Shown: piece by piece, positions 57,415 to 64,000 of the stretch
Numbering within the stretch: the first letter of the stretch is position 1
Layout: the number at the start of each line of letters is the position of its first letter
Source of the DNA: Phycisphaeraceae bacterium
Lineage (GTDB): Bacteria > Planctomycetota > Phycisphaerae > Phycisphaerales > Phycisphaeraceae
Direction of reading: 5' to 3'
Assembly: GCA_963674705.1 (NCBI GenBank)
Contig: OY771506.1
Span: forward strand, 2,176,001 to 2,240,000
Length of the DNA: 64,000 nt
The notes under the pieces: generated by a model
What the model was told of the DNA's origin: nothing
What the model saw: the letters and a program-made list of their open reading frames with translations, nothing else
Database searches by the model: none
Program-made: the position numbers and the translations under genes

Positions 57415-58395
57415 ATGTCGATGCGCTTGCTTGTTGTACTTGCAATCTTTTTCTCAGCCGCGACCGCGCTTGGTGAATATCAACTTATCGAGGATTACAG
57501 CGCGCTGAGCCTGGGTGATATCGACGAACAATCAGGCTGGATCGCCTCAGCTGGCACCGCCGAGGTCGCCATCGATCCGGATGATGCGGCCAACCAGGTT
57601 ATGGCTGTGCATACCAACTCCGGACTCGTCCGTTATCCGCTGACCGTCGCCAACGACGAAACGCACATGCTCTTCTTCCGCCTGCGCTTCGCGGTGCAGC
57701 AGAAGTACTCCATCGGTCTTTCGCCATTGACCTACCCCTCAGAGTTCAGCGACTTCGGCCCGGAACTCGGCATGGCCAACGAAAGCAACGACCTGCACGT
57801 CTGGGACGACGAAGCCAATCCCAACTACGTCGAACTCGATACGCTCAACCAGGACAACTGGTACAACGTCTGGATGTGGATCGACTCGGCCAACGACCAG
57901 TACAAGGTCTGGGTCAACGACGCATCCGAATCCTATGCCGATGCCGGCGACATGTTGTCCGACGGCGACAACGACCTGTTCGACTTCCGTATCTCCGGCT
58001 TAAGCGACTTCGTCAAGTTCTACATCAAAACCGGCGGTGGTGGGGCGCCCGGTGCGCCCGACGGCCCGGTCTACATCGATGACCTCTATCTCAACATCAC
58101 CGACGGCGAATTCAACCTCAACAACCCGACCGCTCTGATCGGCGACGTCAACGGCGACGGCTACGTCGGCCTTGATGATCTGGACATCATCCTCAGCAAC
58201 TGGAACCAGACCATCCCACCCGCTGATCCACGCGCCGACCTGACCGGCGACAACTACGTCGGCCTAGACGACCTGGACGTCATCCTCATCGGTTGGAACA
58301 ACGGCACACCACCGAGTTTACTCAGCATCCCCGAGCCGATTACTGTTTTCTTTATGGGGGGAGGGCTGTTGGCTTGCCTTACGTACAGGCGCTAA
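57415..58395 (+). CDS. Secreted PEP-CTERM protein with a dockerin-like repeat
   Basis: Signal peptide; beta-sandwich-like body (WYNVWMWID, VYIDDLY); GDVNGDGYVGLDDLD twice; IPEPITVFF...RR. Confidence 0.88.
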   Translation: MSMRLLVVLAIFFSAATALGEYQLIEDYSALSLGDIDEQSGWIASAGTAEVAIDPDDAANQVMAVHTNSGLVRYPLTVANDETHMLFFRLRFAVQQKYSIGLSPLTYPSEFSDFGPELGMANESNDLHVWDDEANPNYVELDTLNQDNWYNVWMWIDSANDQYKVWVNDASESYADAGDMLSDGDNDLFDFRISGLSDFVKFYIKTGGGGAPGAPDGPVYIDDLYLNITDGEFNLNNPTALIGDVNGDGYVGLDDLDIILSNWNQTIPPADPRADLTGDNYVGLDDLDVILIGWNNGTPPSLLSIPEPITVFFMGGGLLACLTYRR

Positions 58396-58775
58396 ACCGA
58401 CTTACAGTCAGACCTGATGCACGGCTTGGTGTGCGAAAAACACGTGACAAGCATTCCAGGTAAGTTGTGCAGCGGTTCATATTGCTATTGTTTGTGGTTT
58501 TTGCAACAGGTAGAATAGCTGCCGATCAGCGGATCATTTGTGCATTGTGTCAGGGCGGATCTTGCGCGGCCAATATGCCGCGTGGGGGGTGGAGTTGTGG
58601 CATGCACACACACCTCATGTAATGACTTTGTCGCAACTACAGTTGTAGGGCCCCGCAGTGGATTGGGACTTCATGTAAACACCTATTGATACGTGTGCTC
58701 GCTGTATTGGTGATTCTGGCCACACACATTGTTCGGACACAACTTTCTCACATTTAACAATCAGGAGTCAACGCG

Positions 58776-61478
58776 ATGAGATCGCTTCGATGCAATTGGT
58801 TGGCGACTGTGCATTGTTTTGGCGCTGTCTTACTGTCTACAAGCAATGTTACAGCGACTGAATACACCTGGGACAATTGGTCCGGTGACAGTTCCTTCCA
58901 GACCGCGCTCAACTGGTCGCCGGTCGCCGTGCCTGGGACGACCGACACAGCGACGTTCGATGGTCTATTGGGTGGCAGCGGGATCGGCAACAATAACGTC
59001 TATGTTGCTGACGGTACGGCCGTCGAGGTCATGAAGGTAATTGACACGGCTATTGTCGACATGATTATCGGTGATGGTACGACCGCCAGTCGGTTCGATA
59101 TGGAACTGACCAGCGGTAATTCATTGATTATTGGCGACAGCAGCGGTGATACCGCGATATTCAATCTCAAGGGCGGTTGGCTCGATACCTGGCAGACATA
59201 CGTCAGTGGCAGAGCCAACTTTAATATCGTTGGCGCCGGCAGCTATTGGGATTCAACAGCGGTTCTGATCAGCGGTGACACAATCGCCAGCACCGCCGGT
59301 ATCGGTGTCGGCCTGTCGGCACAGATTGACAGTAACAGCCAGAATGTTGATGTCGGCAGCGACACGGGAAGTGGTCGTATTGTCGTGGATGGCACGCCGC
59401 AGGTGTTGTTCGGTCCGTCGGCGGCATGGGACGGGATCGGCGCGCTGGATGTCGGGCCGACCGGCACGTACGGCTTCAACTTCGGGCAGGTGACGCTTCA
59501 GGCCGGCGGTCAGTTAAGCGCGGCTTCCGCCGGCGTGCACGGCACCACCGACGTGCAAAGCAAGATCACCGTCAAGACCGGCGGCGACCTGACTGTCAGC
59601 GGCCTGCTGCAGATCGGGCCGTATAGCGCGTTGGAACTGATGAATACCGCGAGCAGCATCACGACCGGGCAACTCACTTCAACCGGGGGCAGTTTCAACT
59701 GGACAGGCGGAACACTGGAGATCTCGGCAAGCGAGCTTCATTTAGACAGCACCAATCCGGACAGTGTGTTCGGTAGCTCATTAACAGTTGGTAGTGGTAA
59801 AAAACTTATCACTTCAAATCCCAATGCCAGCGGCGCTTTTGACATCGGGCAGGTCGGAAGCGGGACGGGTTCTTTAACCGTGTCCGACGGAGGTATTGTT
59901 GAAAGCTACTTTGCGCATGTTGGAGAAGGAAACACCTCATCAGGCACGGCCCTGGTCAGCGGGACGGGATCACGCTGGGATATCAGCACGGATTTACGTA
60001 TTGGTGATCGGCACAGTGCTACTGGACAACTCACGATCCAGGACCAAGCGACGGTTACGGTCAGCAATCAACTTGCTCTGGGGCGCCAGGATACCGCCAA
60101 CGGTGATGTGATCGTAACTGATTCGGGCACGTTGTTGTCGGTCAATAAACGATTGGACGTCGCGGGTGGGTGGCAAGGTGGATCGGTATACAGTGACGGC
60201 GGCACAGGCTCGTTGACCGTCACCGGTGGCGGTCGCGTCGAGGTCGCATCTTTGCTCAAGGTCTGGAGCGGTGGAACGGTTACGGTTAACAGCCCCAGCA
60301 CGATTGTCGCCGACAAGGTCGATATCAGCGCGGGCGCGACGTTCAACATCAACGCCGGCGCAGTGCTTTATACCAACCAGTTGATCGGCTTCGGGAACAA
60401 TCCGGTAATCGGCGGCAACCTGCTGATCGGGCACGCCGACGGACCCACTGCTGCCAGCTACAGCGTCGGCTCGGGGCAGAGTCTGACCACAGGAAGCAAT
60501 CTCGTCATCGGCGTCGATAAGCCCGCCATGCTGATCGTCAGCGACGGTGGATATGTTAATTCCCTTAACGGCTTCATCGGTGGGATGCCGGGTTCTGATG
60601 GCAGCTCGGTGACGTTAAGCGGTTCCGGGTCTGGCTGGCACATCAATGGCGCACTGAACATCGGCGGCGACGGATACAACGTCGGTGGCCCGTCCACGTT
60701 ACTGATACAAAACGATGCGGCCGTGGACGCGGACGGGTGGGTCACTGCCTGGCCGGATTCGACGATTACACTCAATCTTGGCACACTTCACGCCGCGAAC
60801 GTCGAACTTGCCGGCGCCGAGTTGATCGGCAAGGGCCCCGTCAATCTTGGCAGCGGTATGCTCTTCAATGCCGGGAGGGTCTATCCTTATACCGGCGTGA
60901 TCGATGTGGCTGGTTCCTATAGTCAGGGCTCCGACGGTGAGTTGGCCTGTGTTCTGTACGGCCATGCCGGTATGCCGGGCGTGGACTTCAGCCAATTGAA
61001 TGTAAGTGGGGCAGCCAGTCTGGAAGGTGTGCTGAGGGTGTTTTATCAAACCCCATACACGCCGGCGCTCAGCGATAGTTTCCATATTCTCGCCGCTCCC
61101 TCGGGTATCACCGGCAGGTTCGACCAGGTCTTCTTACCCGACTTCGGGACGTTAGGCCTGCGAATCGACTATAACGATCCTTACTCAGTCTATATTCGTG
61201 CCGGGTTGACGGGTGATCTGAACGGTGACGGCTTCGTTGGTCTCGACGACCTGGACATCGTACTGAATCGTTGGAATCACAACGCCACGGCCGGTGTGTG
61301 GATCGAGGGCGATCCCTCCGGCGACGGATACGTAGGCCTGGCAGATCTCGACATCATCTTGAACAACTGGAACGCCGGCACGCCACCCGCTTCCGTCAGT
61401 ATCCCCGAGCCGGCTTCACTTCCATTCATCAGCGTATTCCTTTGCCTGACAACCTTACGGCGGAAACATCGCCACTGA
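58776..61478 (+). CDS. Secreted PEP-CTERM protein with autotransporter-like/PEPC-associated repeats and a dockerin-like repeat
   Basis: GSLTVSDGG and VSGTGSRW-type repeats; GDLNGDGFVGLDDLD and GDPSGDGYVGLADLD; IPEPASL...LRRK. Confidence 0.88.
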   Translation: MRSLRCNWLATVHCFGAVLLSTSNVTATEYTWDNWSGDSSFQTALNWSPVAVPGTTDTATFDGLLGGSGIGNNNVYVADGTAVEVMKVIDTAIVDMIIGDGTTASRFDMELTSGNSLIIGDSSGDTAIFNLKGGWLDTWQTYVSGRANFNIVGAGSYWDSTAVLISGDTIASTAGIGVGLSAQIDSNSQNVDVGSDTGSGRIVVDGTPQVLFGPSAAWDGIGALDVGPTGTYGFNFGQVTLQAGGQLSAASAGVHGTTDVQSKITVKTGGDLTVSGLLQIGPYSALELMNTASSITTGQLTSTGGSFNWTGGTLEISASELHLDSTNPDSVFGSSLTVGSGKKLITSNPNASGAFDIGQVGSGTGSLTVSDGGIVESYFAHVGEGNTSSGTALVSGTGSRWDISTDLRIGDRHSATGQLTIQDQATVTVSNQLALGRQDTANGDVIVTDSGTLLSVNKRLDVAGGWQGGSVYSDGGTGSLTVTGGGRVEVASLLKVWSGGTVTVNSPSTIVADKVDISAGATFNINAGAVLYTNQLIGFGNNPVIGGNLLIGHADGPTAASYSVGSGQSLTTGSNLVIGVDKPAMLIVSDGGYVNSLNGFIGGMPGSDGSSVTLSGSGSGWHINGALNIGGDGYNVGGPSTLLIQNDAAVDADGWVTAWPDSTITLNLGTLHAANVELAGAELIGKGPVNLGSGMLFNAGRVYPYTGVIDVAGSYSQGSDGELACVLYGHAGMPGVDFSQLNVSGAASLEGVLRVFYQTPYTPALSDSFHILAAPSGITGRFDQVFLPDFGTLGLRIDYNDPYSVYIRAGLTGDLNGDGFVGLDDLDIVLNRWNHNATAGVWIEGDPSGDGYVGLADLDIILNNWNAGTPPASVSIPEPASLPFISVFLCLTTLRRKHRH

Positions 61479-61523
61479 TCTGACTAAACAATACAACCTG
61501 CGGCGGGGGAGAAGGAGCCAACG

Positions 61524-62513
61524 ATGAATAAGCAGTTCCTGCTACGATCGTTTGTGGTTGTCGCCTTGCTTGCTACAAATGTCAACAGCACGCAAGGCCT
61601 GATTTATCTTAACTTCGATGAAGATATCTTCACCGCGCCGGTTGGGACACCCCTGATCAGGATCACCGCGACACTCGACCTCGATGGGCAGCACTATCTC
61701 TATGGCGGCACTAGCCACGGCTCGACAACAGCCGTCTGGGCCGATGCGAGTTTTACCCTCGGCCCACTGCCCGGCGCAACCACGACTAATGATCAACTCG
61801 ACAGCTTTAAAGCCCAGATCGGCGACCTGCCCGGACTTGTCCCGCCGTATGAAGATGTGCCCGTGACGATCCCCATCGTCTGGGGTTACTGGCACTTGAA
61901 CAATTGGCAATTCCCACAAGCCACCGATTACCCCGGGTATATCAGCGCAACCGGCTCGTTTGAATCCCAGAGTATCAGCGACCAGTACCGCGTTGAGTTT
62001 TACGTGAACATGCAACCGGGCTACACCGCTGACAATCCCTTGCTGCCCGATGTTGTACAACCCAGTGGCCGATACGACTTCCAACTCGATATGTCAGCAA
62101 CCGATCTGGGGCAGAACTTCTGTGTGTTCATCGATCCGGTCGCAGCCACGGGTTATCACTACTCGGTTGATCCAGGTGATCCGCTGTTTTCCGTCGTCTA
62201 TATTCCTGAAGCATTACCTTTAGGCGATTCGGAGTTTGATCTTGAAGTAGCCGGCGCTACTTACCCGATCCTGGCTGGCGTGCCGTTCGATCTGACACAG
62301 ATCGCGGCTGAAGGTGTCAGTGAATTTACGATCACCGGCATCGACCCCGCTGAAGGACTCGACCCCGCCGATCCGTCTGCGTTCCCGACCGGCCTGATGT
62401 TCGCCAGCCCCGGCGTCGCTAACGTGTCGATGATGCCGATCCCCAGCCCGCAAACGTTTGTCTTGTTGGGAGCATTTGCATTGGGTTCGTTGATGCGTCG
62501 TCGCCATGCCTGA
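61524..62513 (+). CDS. Secreted protein with a variant PEP-CTERM tail (IPSP), no dockerin
   Basis: AAGGAG RBS, signal peptide and a C-terminal PIPSPQTFVLLGAFALGSLMRRRHA. Confidence 0.82.
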   Translation: MNKQFLLRSFVVVALLATNVNSTQGLIYLNFDEDIFTAPVGTPLIRITATLDLDGQHYLYGGTSHGSTTAVWADASFTLGPLPGATTTNDQLDSFKAQIGDLPGLVPPYEDVPVTIPIVWGYWHLNNWQFPQATDYPGYISATGSFESQSISDQYRVEFYVNMQPGYTADNPLLPDVVQPSGRYDFQLDMSATDLGQNFCVFIDPVAATGYHYSVDPGDPLFSVVYIPEALPLGDSEFDLEVAGATYPILAGVPFDLTQIAAEGVSEFTITGIDPAEGLDPADPSAFPTGLMFASPGVANVSMMPIPSPQTFVLLGAFALGSLMRRRHA

Positions 62514-62563
62514 TACATCATTGTCTTCCACAACGCTGCGCCGCAAAGTCCGTTTACAGTTAT

Positions 62564-62598
62564 AGGCCGGTCTCGCTTTGATGTGGGGCCGGTTTTTT
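62564..62598 (+). terminator. Rho-independent terminator
   Basis: GGCCGGTCTCGC-loop-GTGGGGCCGGTT (with G-U pairs) followed by a T run. Confidence 0.55.
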
Positions 62599-62743
62599 CA
62601 TTGCTATCAATATGTTTATCGGCCGCATGACGATGTCGGTGGTTTTATGCCTTAGCTTAATCGCACAAGTCGATGAGCCAACCGAGCGTATTTGCGCGCC
62701 CGCCTCAATGCGATCACTGGCGGAGCGATCGGAGCCTTCGGCC

Positions 62744-64000
62744 ATGCTGTTCAACAGCCTCAACTTTGTCTTGCTCGTTGTGATCACCTTCGGGCTGTAC
62801 TACATCCCGCTTCTGCGTCGCACGCAGGTCGTGCTGCTATTGATCGCCAGCCTGACGTTCTACGGCTTCGGCCAGCCTTACCTGCTGACACTGCTCGTCA
62901 GTTCCGTACTTATCAACGCCTTTGCCAGCCGGGCAACCTATACATGCGATTCGCTCAAACGCGCCCGCACATGGGCGATCACCGGCATTGCGCTCAACCT
63001 GCTGCTGCTCGGCTTCTTCAAGTACGCCGGCATGCTCACACTCACCGTCCTGCGCGGCGAACCCGGCGAGCAATCCGTCGGCCACCTGCTGTTGATGATA
63101 CCGCTACCGATCGGCATCTCCTTCTTCACCTTCCAGGGAATGAGCCTCGTCGTCGATGCCTTCCGCGCTCGCGACGTTGACGAACTCCGCAAAGGGCTCT
63201 CCGGCCCGCCGATGCGCCACCTGCTGCACACCGGCTTCTTCATCTGCTTCTTCCCCCAGCTCGTCGCAGGCCCGATCGTCAAGGCCCACGAGTTCATGCC
63301 ACAGATCAAGCCCAAGTTCATCAAGGACATCGACTGGAACCGCTGCTTTTCGCTGCTGGTGATGGGCTACTTCATGAAGATGGTTGTCGCTGACAACCTC
63401 AAGGACCACACCTTCTGGATCCAGCCGCCATACTTCCAGGTGCGCGGTTCCATCGACCTTTTGGTGATGCTCTTCGGCTTCTCGATGCAGATCCTCGCCG
63501 ACTTCTGGGGCTACTCGTTGATCGCGATGGGTGTCGCCGGATTGTTCGGCTACTACCTGCCGAAAAACTTTGATCATCCTTACATCGCACGCAGCTTCTC
63601 AGAGTTCTGGCGCCGTTGGCACATCTCGCTGTCGACCTGGCTGCGCGAATACCTGTACTACCCGCTCGGTGGTAACCGCAAGGGCCGATCACGCACCTAC
63701 CTCAACCTCTTCATCGTCATGTTCCTCGGCGGACTCTGGCACGGCGCGGCATGGAGTTACGCTGTCTGGGGAACCGTTCACGGCATCGCGCTTGCCACCG
63801 AACGCGCCCTGCGCGGCAAAGTCAACCTCGGCAACAGCCTCATCATCCGCACGATCCAGATGCTCTTCGTCTTCCTGATCGTCACGCTCGCCTGGCTTTT
63901 ATTCAAACTGCCGAACTTCACCGACGCGGTGAACTACATCTATTGCATGTGTACCCGTTGGGACTATCCCTACGACCAGACGATGATGTACTACATCACA
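62744..64000 (+). CDS. MBOAT family O-acyltransferase (AlgI/DltB-like), partial
   Basis: Not in the ORF track; I translated it by hand from ATG 62744. Reads MLFNSLNF..., PIGISFFTFQ, FFPQLVAGPI, QILADFWGYS, FWRRWHISLSTWLREYLYYPLGG and GGLWHGA. Confidence 0.92.
   Translation, partial: MLFNSLNFVLLVVITFGLYYIPLLRRTQVVLLLIASLTFYGFGQPYLLTLLVSSVLINAFASRATYTCDSLKRARTWAITGIALNLLLLGFFKYAGMLTLTVLRGEPGEQSVGHLLLMIPLPIGISFFTFQGMSLVVDAFRARDVDELRKGLSGPPMRHLLHTGFFICFFPQLVAGPIVKAHEFMPQIKPKFIKDIDWNRCFSLLVMGYFMKMVVADNLKDHTFWIQPPYFQVRGSIDLLVMLFGFSMQILADFWGYSLIAMGVAGLFGYYLPKNFDHPYIARSFSEFWRRWHISLSTWLREYLYYPLGGNRKGRSRTYLNLFIVMFLGGLWHGAAWSYAVWGTVHGIALATERALRGKVNLGNSLIIRTIQMLFVFLIVTLAWLLFKLPNFTDAVNYIYCMCTRWDYPYDQTMMYYIT

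Noticed and set aside
62692..63878. Track ORFs in the last 1.3 kb
   Set aside because: Alternative frames of the MBOAT gene that starts at 62744 and runs off the window.

Overview
GC-rich bacterial window, most likely from a planctomycete (Phycisphaerae-like). This is inferred from a LEPR-XLL (LEDRLLLS) protein, PEP-CTERM proteins with paired GDLNGDGFVGLDDLD dockerin-like repeats, a sulfatase and a MoxR-DUF58-VWA operon. Both ends carry arrays of large secreted PEP-CTERM-type proteins (1-6952 and 50820-62513). The middle holds ddl, trpB2, tRNA-Val(GAC), a purH-like AICAR transformylase, a B12 radical SAM gene, an S9 peptidase, deoC with two aldehyde dehydrogenase genes, kdsA, a Fur-family regulator, purM and clpP. 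The most striking structure lies at 31370-44800. Seven intra-operon junctions (all 3 in deoC-ald-ald-kdsA and all 4 in the MoxR/VWA operon) each contain a long inverted-repeat cassette whose arms are short tandem units of 7-10 nt. Three cassettes enclose a small gene (two GxxExxY PD-(D/E)XK-like proteins and one four-helix-bundle/23S-IVS-type protein). The other four are empty, two of them fully nested and one partly so. One has a GTGA direct repeat and a bridging ORF that would preserve translational coupling. This looks like a family of operon-junction 'intervening' hairpin elements. Mobility and mechanism are inferences. All product calls come from recognising motifs by eye; no database search was run.
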